A stretch of DNA of 47,189 bases from Phoronis australis. Its lineage: Eukaryota; Animalia; Phoronida. A program made the translations under genes and the position numbers. A model generated the notes under the pieces. It worked only from the letters and a program-made list of their open reading frames with translations. It did no database searches and was not told the DNA's origin. The stretch is from NCBI GenBank assembly GCA_002633005.1, contig NMRA01000456.1:318631-365819 (forward strand), in the 5' to 3' direction. Below are positions 35,501-46,782 of the stretch, piece after piece. Position 1 is the stretch's first letter, and every line of letters begins with the position of its first letter.

Positions 35501-37251
35501 TGTAAAGAACCACGCTTCACTAAGCTAGTGACATTTTTGCCCATGATGTTAGCGAAAAGTGGTGTTGCTCCTGAAAGACCGTTGACGTCGTTCGTGCTAA
35601 AATGAATTGATATGAACGCCCACGTATTGCTTTCTAGCGCTTTCTTCACTCCAATTATTGTACATTTTATTTTTCGTAACAAAGGTAAAAATATACTCTT
35701 GTGTCTGCCAAGTGAGTTGAAACTCCGCGACAAGTTAAGACCACTCAGCCTGAAAGTTGTTTTTGTGTTCTTTAACGCTATTGGAAACTGAATATGGTGG
35801 TTTCACAGTTCTAGATGTAAAAGATAGTTTTTAAATCGTGGTGCTGTTTGACACAGCGACTTTGTAACACATGTTATAATACTTTTCAGTCGAAGGTAAC
35901 AATATTCGTCATGCAAAAAGCGCATCAGTACCACTTTACAATAACTGTCGCATCAGTACCACTTTACAATAACCGTCGCATCAATACCACTTTACAATAA
36001 CCGTCGCATCAGTACCACTTTACAATAACTGTCGCATCAGTACCACTTTACTATAACTGTCGCATCAGTACCACTTTACAATAACCGTCGCATCAGTACC
36101 ACTTTACAATAACTGTCGCTTCAGTACCACTTTACAATAACTGGCGTTTTTTTATTCTTGCTTGTTACTACAATTACGAAAATCTCTACTCTGGGACGCT
36201 TTTGAAGTAAACTAAGCGATATCTGTTCCCCGAAAAGGGCCATTTAACGGCACAGGCGCAACCTTAATTCAGATACAGAGGAGGGTGTTAAGAAAAGTCA
36301 CATAACTATTCTGTATACTCATTTAAGATACTATAATTTTAATTAAAACTTCACAAAACGGATTTTGACGCAAGTTACTTCAGTCAAAACTTTAGCCCAA
36401 ATAATGCTCATTCAACACAACTCCAAATATTTTCGAATTTAGTTGAACTTAATACGATTTTTTGTTTAATTTATATTTTTGTCTACTACCTAAAAATGAT
36501 CACTGTAGTGAGTAACGTCTGACTCGTGCTTTATGGGTATTCACTCAGCTACCGCCATACGTTATGAAATTCTGGGGAAATCCCGCTTACGTTTAAGAAA
36601 TAAATAATAATAATAAGATATACAAACGCATATATATGATATCTTTCGACCTTACGGATGTCATCCTGTGTTCTAACTTGGTGGATGTACAGTAAAGAGC
36701 GTCTTTAAACGACATATTTGCACGCTCATAACTATGCTCATGTATAGCAGGAACTAAACGACAAAAAAGTCTTCAAATAGGGGCCTTTGCATTAATGACG
36801 TCCCTTGGGGGCTGACATAGCCCGCATCATGCAATGTTTTTCTTCAACACCAAGTCACGATAATCACTGGACATGCTTGCGTGAGTTACGACGGATCATT
36901 TTCGACACAAAACTCGTTCTTAAGAACATTTTGCAATTTTTAACATACTTCATAAATTCACACCATCGCTATATTTTGTGTTCCTTACTAATTTGACCAA
37001 GCAATCACAGAGATAGGGAATTAACGTGAAGTTCCACTTTTAATTAATGACAACTAGATTATCAAATTAATAGTTTGTTAAAATGTTGACTTTACTTGAG
37101 GGGATGTCTTTAAGAGATTGTCAGCCGAAAAAATGAGGTATACTATTATCACAAATTCTTACCCGTTAGTTCGCCTATCGTTTATCACGGAGAACACCAG
37201 GTTGACGCACAAGCCAGAGAAGACGATAAAACACCACCGATTGACGGCCAT
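23497..37251 (-). CDS. secreted EMI-domain, coiled-coil and collagen-repeat protein (EMID1/COL26A1-like), 7 exons, 414 aa
   Basis: Exons (minus strand) 37251-37163, 29967-29836, 27647-27541, 26522-26269, 25642-25184, 24484-24367, 23582-23497; all GT-AG, phases 2,2,1,0,0,1; total 1245 nt = 415 codons. Signal-peptide-like N-terminus, EMI motifs (RWCRYPVT...[12 protein letters not shown]), Gly-X-Y tracts and heptad-like segments. Confidence 0.85.
24367..24484 (-). CDS. EMI-collagen exon 6 ([39 protein letters not shown]), coiled coil
   Basis: ttcttgcttAG / GTaagt; phase 0 to 1; heptad pattern. Confidence 0.85.
25184..25642 (-). CDS. EMI-collagen exon 5 (CQC motif and three Gly-X-Y tracts separated by a helical segment)
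   Basis: acatAG / GTaagt, 459 nt; about 8, 5 and 18 Gly-X-Y triplets. Confidence 0.92.
26269..26522 (-). CDS. EMI-collagen exon 4 (Pro/Arg/Ser-rich linker ending [12 protein letters not shown])
   Basis: tacttcAG phase-1 acceptor, AAG|GTacat donor; frame joins exons 3 and 5. Confidence 0.75.
27077..27208. mobile_element. short MITE with CAT termini and 5-bp TSD CTCTC
   Basis: CATAAGCGGCG / CGCTGCCCATG; CTCTC at 27072-27076 and 27209-27213. Confidence 0.7.
27228..27290 (+). repeat. 19-bp minisatellite, ~3.3 copies (TACAGCTAGAACCCTACC-like)
   Basis: Direct inspection. Confidence 0.7.
27541..27647 (-). CDS. EMI-collagen exon 3 ([35 protein letters not shown])
   Basis: ttctttttAG / GTaagt; RPxYR and WRCCPG(Y/F)xGxDC are the EMI C-terminal signature. 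Confidence 0.92.
28427..29417 (-). mobile_element. internally deleted Tc1/mariner-superfamily DNA transposon (DUF4817-type HTH, DDD-type transposase remnant)
   Basis: ~27-bp TIRs CA[A/G]GGTGTCCACGA[A/C]TTTATGATACCG with flanking TA; frameshifted [12 protein letters not shown]...[11 protein letters not shown]...[37 protein letters not shown]. Confidence 0.9.
29836..29967 (-). CDS. EMI-collagen exon 2 ([43 protein letters not shown])
   Basis: ctttcctttatAG acceptor, GTaggt donor, phase 2 to 2, 132 nt; N-terminal half of the EMI domain (W-C-x-Y-x-V-T pattern). Confidence 0.85.
30707..31310 (+). mobile_element. second Helentron/DINE-1-like copy (same family as 498-1975), 3' end unclear
   Basis: TTTTTATGCAACCACAT...ATGTGGG 5' stem, (CCGT/CTGT)n microsatellite, GTATCTCC and GCCCCCTAGTAGCAATT modules. 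Confidence 0.7.
33378..33690 (+). repeat. compound minisatellite: 4 x ~82-86-bp units, each with a (CA/CG)n tract
   Basis: Core ACAATATTTAAAGCTGCT at ~33407, 33493, 33575 and 33656. Confidence 0.9.
35921..36143 (+). repeat. 8 x 28-bp minisatellite (CGCATCAGTACCACTTTACAATAAC[T/C]GT)
   Basis: Head-to-tail units with no spacers. Confidence 0.95.
37163..37251 (-). CDS. EMI-collagen exon 1 ([30 protein letters not shown]), signal peptide
   Basis: ATG in atcATGg context, hydrophobic core, GG|GTAAGA phase-2 donor matching exon 2; TATA box upstream. Confidence 0.75.
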
Positions 37252-37338
37252 GATAGGTATCCGTCTGCAGCAACAGTCTTATCTAAACTAATACACGCGT
37301 CCCCTGTCTACCTTGTGACCGCGCTAAATGTGTGCTCA

Positions 37339-37346
37339 TTTATATA
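37339..37346 (-). promoter_or_regulatory. TATA box (TATATAAA) of the EMI-collagen gene
   Basis: Consensus TATA about 90 bp upstream of the predicted ATG on the same strand. Confidence 0.6.
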
Positions 37347-39939
37347 TCAAAGCTGTGAAAACGTAAAGTGGTCTCCCGTGTACATTAATCACTGACGAAT
37401 TACTATAGCAGATTTTTTAGAGGCTGAATTTGCAGAGGGTCGCTTATTGGGAACACATGGCTGACTTCTCTCGTCAAAACCATGTGGTTGGTCGTTGAAT
37501 GCTTCTTAGCCAATCAACCGTGAGATTTTATTATTTTAACTTTTACGTCTTGAGATTCTCACACAACTATCTCGGCACAAGGTTGATGACAGGATGCTGG
37601 TTATGCGCTATGATTTCACGTTGGTAACTTGCAAACTTTACTGTTGTACCCTGCACATATTACGCCTGTCCGTTCTAGCGTACTACCTGCAGATGTAGGA
37701 CATTAGAAAACACTTTGTTTTTGCAGTTATAAGTAACGTTTCGGTAGGGATATTTGAACGGTTAGATTCCCTTATTCCAGACAAGTTTTGTTGATCATAG
37801 CTTCCATTACGGCAAACTTTCGTGGGGTTCATCTCCTCATTAGTTCAAGAAATCTAATTCAGATTCACGTGCTTCAGTCATTGAGGCCTTGCAAAATGTG
37901 CAATCACATTTTCAATCGAAGTCATCATTTTCAAGTTTAAAAATATTGATTACTGTAACAAGTTTTAACAAAATTGACAATGAAAGCACAAAATGTTGAA
38001 TTTCCTCGCTCTTTGTCTAACCGGTAAAGTTAGAACAATGAAGATTACTCCACAGTAGCCGAATGGGCCATTTTCGTACCTAACTAAGCAAAATTGAAAC
38101 CTCAAACTATTTGAAATGAGTCAATCATTACTTAATTGCAGTTTCGTTTGTACCATTGCTGTGAACGGCGTCTTATGGTCACTTACATGTAATACTTCTT
38201 TTTATTGAAAGCTGAGTATTGAACCTGCATTACGTCAACATGATTTAGACTTCTATTGCAGTTGTCGGAAATTGGTGTCAACATGTCCTTGCTCACATTA
38301 GGGAGAGGAGGTTCGTACTTGGAAAAAATATCATTAGTTGAGAGAAAGCTCGAGAAGTTGTTGACTTCTCACAGACGGTCATTTTGTACGCCCAGTATAG
38401 TCTCGAGCAAACACGCACTGCCATTCCAGTTTCTAAGTCCATGCACCACTTTTCAACTGAGTAATGAACACGACAATGCCAGTTGTAAAGCAGTATGTAG
38501 TCTACACTTAAATCAAAATTGCATTTCTTTACCGAAGCGCGGATTTACAGCGAGGTTAAATGAAAACTGTCTGGGCCGCGCAACTTTAGTGGAGTACGGA
38601 GGTTCTTGACTACACCCTCAGAATATTTTTTAATTTAGTCGATTGAGTGGGCAACTGAGCATTTGGGAAGGTTGTAAGATTTGCAGTTCCACACTTTCTC
38701 TGCTCACCACATTGGGTGTGAAAATGTCTATCAATGGCATTGTGCTAGATGGAAATGATTATTGATTGGTTTTTTATCAAAGAAAGTATGTTCGCAGTAA
38801 AGAACTGATGCGTAGGTAAAAAATTCCGTTATATGGGAAGGATCCGCATTCGTAGATTACAAGAACGCAATTCGCAGGATAATCTGTGTGTCCAGGGGCT
38901 CTCTTCACAAAGATGGAACAGTACTGCTTCACATTGTAAACAATAACCTGCGAGGGGGAGGGGGGGATCGAAAGTGGTTTTAAATTGCCTTGTTTTTTTT
39001 CTTGGGTATTTTCCCTGATGCCTAGGTACTGCGTTCGTTAGGATTTTGAATGAGTATACTAGCTTCTCATTTTCTTCGCAGAATATCGGCAGTTTGATTC
39101 TTAACTTTCAGAGAACGGATTCCCTGTGACAAAGGAGACATTCTGTGACAAAACTTGCCTCCTTGAAATTCTGTTTCATTTTGTGCATGACATTTTGAGG
39201 ACCCATTTACAAAACGTGAGCTCAGTAGTTAGTGTTGGTGTTTTCTTGAACTAACATATATTTTATGCAGCATCAAATGGTGGTTGCTTGTTTCACAAAT
39301 TGTACAATTATAGAATTCATTGTCATCACTGACAAATATTGTGTCTCATATAAGCAAAGTTGGTGTGACTTGTACACTCAAAAAACACCAAAAGAGCTAT
39401 GACAACTGAAATTTCCCTGTGACTGAAAATTTTGAGATGCGACAAATTGTGAATTGCCGTTGAACACGATTCGATTCTCTAAAATTTTAAAAATCACATG
39501 TTGCACTAGAGTAGATTCTGAAGACTCGACACATTTTCAAAAAACAATTTCTTTTTGTATGTATTTTTATCCCTTTGCTGACATACACGAACCTTTTCTA
39601 TTTCCAGGTGATTGGACTTGATGCAATTGCTCTGTCCCGCTATGGTGCCTACTCCAATACGCTCGCTGGCTCTTCATACTTGTTGCTGTTGGTTACGAAC
39701 CAATTGAACAAAAGGATTCAGAATGGGAATTATGGGATCATTCGTATCGATCAAGTGAAAGGAAATAAACAATTTATTCATCGCGATATTTTTAAGTTTA
39801 CAACGACTTCATGTTTGAAATCGCCAAAAATTGTCACTTGTGTCGCATAATCTCAGGGCTGTGATGCTTGAAGAAGGGTCATTTTATTACGATTTTAAAC
39901 ACCTTAGGAACATACGTGTTCAAAGGATTATTTAAGTGA

Positions 39940-42243
39940 ATTTCGTCGCGTGACTACGAAGGCCCATTAGTTCCAGGAAGAAAAATAAAATTTAAATATG
40001 TAATTACGGATTGTCGATCTGTTGATACGGATCGGCAAGCTGTTACTGCGGATTGCCTATCTATTATTTCGTCTTGGCAACCGATTGGCTACTACCAGTG
40101 GCTCATACGCGGAGCAACGTATTAGAAGTACCATCGACCTATGAAAACTTTGTTGATTTAAGACAGAGATTTGACAGACTTTGTTGATTTAAAGCACGTG
40201 ATATAACACTTTCATAAATATTTTACATGTATGTTAGACGTTTCATCTTCGATATTCAAAGAGTTACCCATTCTAAGCACTCGTTTTGTTTTCTGTCGTT
40301 TTTTGTTGCCGTTTTTTTCCTTCGACAAGTTTCCTTTCTTTGATCTAGATCTAGATTCACCAGTTACGTGTATTAACTTTCATGAAGTTAACACGAGCTG
40401 ATTTAGAAAAAATGTCGTCTGTCTACTGCGTTGCATTTTGTTTCATTAAAGCCCCATACAGCGCCATCTTTGTTTTGGTCAATGTTCGAGTGAAACCATT
40501 CATTTTTTTGTTTCATAATACGGCGTATTAGCGTCCCTAATTACACATAAAACCATGGACCGCATGGAGTTCGTGCATTGCTTAAACAGGAATATTCGCC
40601 CCGCGAACTAAGTTGTTCTAGTCTGAAGTTAGGGATTTCGGCTTTACCTAGACTACGGCACTGAACGGGGCTTAAGGGACGAAGCCGAGATTCCTCTCAG
40701 CATCTACTTATGTCGTACCCCACCACTCAGTACTAATAGGACGTGCATGCATTTTCTCCAAACTACTTCTTTGTGAGACCTTCTGGACGTGATCATACGT
40801 CTAAGATTATGACAACACCTGAGGAGCCTCACGGTAAACGATGAATTAACACTGCAAGCTACGTGCTTAATAGTCCGGAGGTTTGGACGTTCACTGTGAT
40901 ATATATTTATTGAAGGATACACAGAACATACAAAGAAATAATAACAAACCCAGAAACCGCGAAGCATTATATCTGGGTTGTAAACAATTCATAAATGAAA
41001 CTTATATACATAGAGATATATACAATTAAGTAGTATCTAAAATAAGTATTCCAATACTTAGACATGCTATTACAGATATATAAAAACAAAAATATTTACA
41101 GATTCATGTAGGGAAATCAGATGCAACAATATTGATAAACGGTATATAAAAATTTGCTAACGTTGCTTAGGAGGAATTCGTTAAGAACAAAGTCAAGGTT
41201 AGGACTACCATTCAGTAATAATGTAACTCTAGTAGGGATATTATTACAAGAATTGAGAGCGTTNAATTGGAATTGTTACCACTTTTTTGGCGTTACGTTC
41301 TGTGTCTGAACAAAATTTGACTACACTGAGACCTGTTGAAATTTCAACACGATACATGTAGTTTAGCATTACAACTCAAGAAGTTGATTTAAATGAAGAC
41401 TTTCGTTTGAGTCACATTTTGGTAACACTCTTGGTTTTTAGAAAAAGATAATCCAGTCAGGTATGCAAAATGATAATTACTTATGAATCAAAATATTTTG
41501 CCATTTGCTTCTGGTATAACCATCAAGAACTGACAAAGGGTTTTTCTAATGATATGGCTCTTATGCAATCTCATGCAATTCGGTTAAAAAAGGGCGGAGT
41601 TTCATGCACGCACCCAGCCTACGGGGGCTCAAATTTTCGGCAATGTGGATTTTTTATTACCAAAACAGACAGAGGACTAAAAAAAAGAAAAAAAAAACGG
41701 GTACCACGTTCAGCCGGGCTACGAATTGTGCATTCGCGTCTTTTCAGAGGACATTTGTCTCATTTTCTTTCTCTGAGGCGGACCTTTTTGCCCACATCGC
41801 CTAATGGGGGGTCTCCTTCGAGCTCCCGAGCCCCCCCTCCGGGGTGCCCGTATGGAGTTGCAAAAAGTTTTAATGACGGCAAAAGTTCAAAAGCGAGTAC
41901 ACACACCGGAACAAACGAATGCAAATAAATCTCACGCATGCGTGGCGCAACCTCAGCGGCAGCGATTACAGCACTACTTGATCGGAGTTCGCATTCCAGG
42001 GCTAGAATTCTATGTCATAGCTAAGGCCCAACTGATAATATATACGGATAAGTTCCCTCATTCTCTTTGACAACTAAGACGCACAACCGAATGTGTATTA
42101 ATGGGTTTTTAATCCGTAATTACAGATTGCCAATCCGCAAAAACAGATTGACCATCCGTATTAACAAATTCACAATCCGTAATTACAGATTGGCAATACA
42201 TAAAAACAGATTAGTAATCTAGTGTCGTACTCTCGAAGACAAA
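39940..42243. mobile_element. putative ~2.3-kb element bounded by inverted arrays of a 21-bp repeat
   Basis: 40001-40062 is the reverse complement of the array at 42111-42215 (unit AATCCGTAATTACAGATTGCC); outer ends only weakly similar. Confidence 0.5.
41603..41854. mobile_element. MITE with CAT termini and a near-perfect 5-bp TSD (GAGTT)
   Basis: CATGCACGCACCC / GGGTGCCCGTATG; left flank GAGTT+T, right flank GAGTT. Confidence 0.6.
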
Positions 42244-43136
42244 AATTGTTTAAATTACGAATTTTGATGTATTTTATTATTAATATACGAAATACCATAT
42301 TAATTATTGTAGTTTAATTAGTTGTGTTATTATATCACTGTATTTCGTAACTTTCGATAAAAATATAAAAATGCGTTTTATTTACTAGGGGCCATCAACA
42401 GGAACTACTTCAGATTTTTTAAATAGGCTTTATACTCATAATCAACAATCCTAGAAATTAAAATTGAAATAATCAACCAAATCAAAAATTCCCGACAAAT
42501 CATAATTTCCCTTACCAGTAGCCATTCTTTTTGCATGAGCAAGCAAATTCAACATGGCGTAGGCCTAAAATCATTTTTAAGCTTATATTAAATATGTAGA
42601 CGCTGAGATTGGGCAATTGTGAAATATATTAAATAAACACAGAAAAATCAGAAACCCCAATTGGGGATTGAACCACATTGTCGGTTTTTAAGCTTGATCA
42701 AAAAGATTTCTTGAGAAAATGTAATTTGCTTTAAAAGTGCTTAATCAGTAATGGGGAAATATGATAGGTCAAAATGCTTGAATAATATTGGTCACTTTGA
42801 ACATGAAGACGTATTTTCCAGCTTAAAAATGTTACTGAGTAAGGATTGTTCAAGTTTGTGGAATGTATTGAGTATGATGTATAATTGTACAAAATAGATA
42901 AGCTGGCATGTTACGAAAATGCAGATAACAACTGTGGACTTATGTACAAACACGCGAAATTAAATGCTACCCCCAATTTGAACGAAAAAGGACATTCGAC
43001 TAACGTGACCCGTAGGTCCTAAAATTGGCAGTGAGATCATGTGCATTTGCTCATACGCGCACCTGGTTGTGTCCTCTTTCATGATCTTCCTCCAGAAATT
43101 TTGATCTTTTCTATGTAATACCAGGAAGAGATAACT

Positions 43137-43465
43137 ATTGCGTGCGGGTGTTATTCGCAGCTGTTTGAATAAAAAGGTAATTCTCGCGGTGACGTAGACA
43201 AAAGCAAGCCGATACGCCTAACATTTCGTAACATTTGTAAATTTATGGCGTTAGTGGACTCAGAGCGATGCTCTTAACATACTGTAGAATCTAAATTTAC
43301 AGGTGTTACCGTTGAAGATAGACTTTAAGAGCATCGTTCTGAGCCCACTGGTGCCATAAATTGTCAAATGTAACAAACTGTTAGGCGTATTGGGAAGCTT
43401 TTGTCTACGTCACTGCGAGAATCACCTTTTAATTTAAACGGCTGCGAATAACACCCGCACGCAAT
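43137..43465. mobile_element. foldback element with ~140-bp inverted arms
   Basis: 43137-43278 vs 43325-43465 reverse-complementary with scattered mismatches; ~46-nt spacer. Confidence 0.85.
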
Positions 43466-45160
43466 GGTGTTCTACTTCAGACCCCTGGGATCTTGCGGTG
43501 ACGCAACTTATGGCACGAAAAAGCTACTTCGCCTATCATTTGACAGGTAGGCTTACATTTGATTGATTAAGCTCGCATTTTCTGATTTTGCTAAGGCTTT
43601 GCTAGGTAGGACTACCTGGTTAGCCAAATACATCTAAGTAACAAAATTCCGCTGAAGTTAAGCTTTTCGATGGCGCAGTGACTAGACCGTCTGCACGGTT
43701 ATAGCAGAAGGTCCTGAGATAGAGTCCTGGTTAGGGGCAGAAATCTTTTCAGACTTATCTTCGTTTGGTCACGTGATGTGGCCAACAGGTAGAGTGCTGA
43801 TTTCTTTTAAAAATTGTTTGTGATTTATACTTCCATGCTGGTTCACTAAGATTTACAAAATTAATTTGTTGATATATGATCTTCATTCATTTTATAATGT
43901 ATATTTAACTGCTATAATATTCGGCTTTATTAGCCCGTTGTTGATCTTTTGGCTTCTGTAGACTTTAAATAAAGTAATGGAGTTGAATTGCCGATTCGTT
44001 GCTGTACAAAAAATCTCGTGAAATGGCTGCATAGATATATTCCGTTCATAAGGTAAAATTCAATCTCAGTGGCGACGTCTGGCTGAAATTGCTAACGGTG
44101 TCTCCCTTTGGTATTTTAATTTCGTGCAACAATTTACCCGTAAATTCGTCAAAGAGCGAGATACAATTGCGAAATATTTAATTTCTTCCCATAAACGTAA
44201 TTTCTGACCCCAAATAATCACTGAGCGATTCTGGCACGGTGACCTCACACGGGATTCTCAAATTACTTTTTTGCTCAAAACTAACCAAAGTTGAAAGGTA
44301 CAACAAATCCGCCTTCATGATTGGTCAAATCCTGCCGGCTCCATCGTTGGCATGACCCATGCGCCGAACATATTCGCAAGCCATAACTAATTCCCCGTTC
44401 ATTCCAAGCCGATCTTCCCTTCCCGAGACGTAGGCCTATAGTGTGCGAGTTAGGTGGCAAATATGCCCCCGGAGCCCGGTTTTCCAGCAGTTTTTTCAAG
44501 TCCATTGAGCGTCCACAGCCCGAGGGGACTCGGAATTTTTCGGGAACACGAATCGATGAATTCCTTTCAGTGGCAATGGTTGGTTTTGCATTTTTCAAAA
44601 ATTTAAGTTATAACTAATAAGCGACATGGGATTCTCCGCCATGATAGACCACACTATAGCACCGATTCTAGTTTCGGCGTGTTACAGTTTCGATATTGGT
44701 CTTCTTTAACAGGAAATTCAAGTAACATGCACCTTTATTCTCCGAGACTTACGTTATTTTTTTATCTTAGTTTAGATTGCTATTTTATTTTCGGGTCTTC
44801 AAAAGTGCGCTCAATAACTTTGATCTAAGCGAAAAGGTGTTAACATAGGGTTACTTTAAAGAGAAATTGCGACACTAAAAATAATCGGAAAATGTCGGAT
44901 CTTTAGGCTTATAGCCCCCAAGCCTGGGCATTCTTTCGAAAACGTTCTTCAACCGGAGAACGTGCCAGCGACATTCCAAGACGATGTGGCAGTATATATT
45001 GTTGAGGGACTTTACGGTTACAAGGGTGCGGTTAAGTTTAGTCACAAAAACGCGGTGAAATAATCTGTTCTGCTTTTGTTTTTTTGTCATTAACAAAATC
45101 ACGAGTCTAAAAAGCGAGGGAGCCTGCTATACCGCCCCAGCAAAATGGCGGCCAATGATG

Positions 45161-46362
45161 TGATTTGTCGGCGAGGTTCGACTATGCAACTGAATTCAGT
45201 ATTTCCGTTGCACAAGTGCAAGCTGCGTTAGGGTTGCTTCATAAAAGGGACAGAAATCTGGTCAAACATTTCTGCTGAAAAAAAGTTTAGCTAGGTATCA
45301 TGAGCGCATATCACACTGCAGAAATATTTTAGATATTATCTCGGCATCCAGCAGATATGTGTAGATTCTCAGACAATGTTTGCTCAAATGAGCTATTTTT
45401 CAGAAATAGTTGCATAGATTGCAAGACTAAATTTGACAAGAGTCGTAAAAGGACAATAAACTGCTTTGTAATTTCAACCATTTATCGTCGTCATCAGTGG
45501 CGCCCCACTCGAGTAATTCAAGTAAAAGTTCGGCATACTTTCCGAGCTAAATTCGATATTATGGTTCTTAGCGAGTGGTCTTTCCCCTACAGTTGTGTAA
45601 CTCGCCTAAAGCGTCGGTTACACTTGCCCGTTTAGCAGACTTCGTCAGCCGATTTCATAAAGGTGGTTTAAAGTTAAACCTGGTTTAAACTGGACTTAGA
45701 CCAGGTTTAAAGATAATCTGCATTTCATAAAGGTGGTTTAACTTTTAGACCAGTGGTCTAGTNTGATTTGTCGGCGAGGTTCGACTATGCAACTGAATTC
45801 AGTATTTCCGTTGCACAAGTGCAAGCTGCGTTAGGGTTGTTTCATAAAAGGGACAGAAATCTGGTCAAACATTTCTGCTGAAAAAAAGTTTTGCTAGATA
45901 TCATGAGCGCATATCACACTGCAGAAATATTTTAGATATTATCTCGGCATCCAGCAGATATGTGTAGATTCTCAGACAATGTTTGCTCAAATGAGCTATT
46001 TTTCAGAAATAGTTGCATAGATTGGAAGACTAAATTTGACAAGAGTCGTAAAAGGACAATAAACTGCTTTGTAATTTCAACCATTTATCGTCGTCATCAG
46101 TGGCGCCCCACTCGAGTAATTCAAGTAAAAGTTCATACTTTCCGAGCTAAATTCGATATTATGGTTCTTAGCGAGTGGTCTTTCCCCTACAGTTGTGTAA
46201 CTCGCCTAAAGCGTCGGTCACACTTGCCCGTTTAGCAGACTTCGTCAGCCGATTTCATAAAGGTGGTTTAAAGTTAAACCTGGTTTAAACTGGACTTAGA
46301 CCAGGTTTAAAGATAATCTGCATTTCATAAAGGTGGTTTAACTTTTACACCAGTGGTCTAGT
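45161..46362 (+). repeat. ~600-bp direct duplication flanking a single N (probable assembly/haplotype overlap)
   Basis: 45161-45762 vs 45764-46362 differ by a few substitutions and one 3-bp indel; N at 45763. Confidence 0.85.
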
Positions 46363-46502
46363 AAAACCTGGTTTAACTCCAGTTTAGACCTGGTCTAAGT
46401 CAGTTTTCATTTCACCAACGAGGGCTATATTATTTAGACCTGTATTAAGATCTTAAACCATGTTTAACTTTAGACTTGGTCTGACCCAGGTTTAAGTGTT
46501 AA
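46247..46502. mobile_element. end of a PIF/Harbinger-like non-autonomous element with palindromic TTAAACCTGGTTTAA repeats
   Basis: GCCGATTTCATAAAG start and many TT(A/T)(A/G)ACC(A/T)GGT(T/C)TAA palindromes; family assignment by resemblance only. Confidence 0.45.
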
Positions 46503-46631
46503 ATATGTCAGACTTGCATGGTATAGGTGCAACTGAATGATGCCGCGGAGTGCATTTGCGACGCAGTTTTAGAGCAAAAATGGACTATTTTTTACAATAT
46601 TCAGTTTTACTACGATCAAGATCAAACGTAG

Positions 46632-46782
46632 GAGGGGCGGATCTAGGATTTTTTAAGAGGGGGTGGTCAAGGACTTTTTGAAAGGGGGGGCCAAGTCAAC
46701 AAAATTAATTATAGATTTCATATCACTAAAATCAAGGGAAAAGGGGGACTCAGGATCCCTTGACCCCCTGGATCCGCCTATG
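46632..46782. mobile_element. MITE related to 12607-13583, 5-bp TSD CGTAG
   Basis: GAGGGGCGGATCTAGG / CCTGGATCCGCCTATG; CGTAG at 46627-46631 and 46783-46787. Confidence 0.8.

Noticed and set aside
35921-36143. 28-bp repeat array as a CRISPR array
   Set aside because: Units are head-to-tail with no unique spacers, there are no cas genes, and the context is a eukaryotic intron.
45357-46235. Duplicated 92/91-aa ORFs as tandem paralogous genes
   Set aside because: No recognisable domain; the duplication flanks an assembly N.
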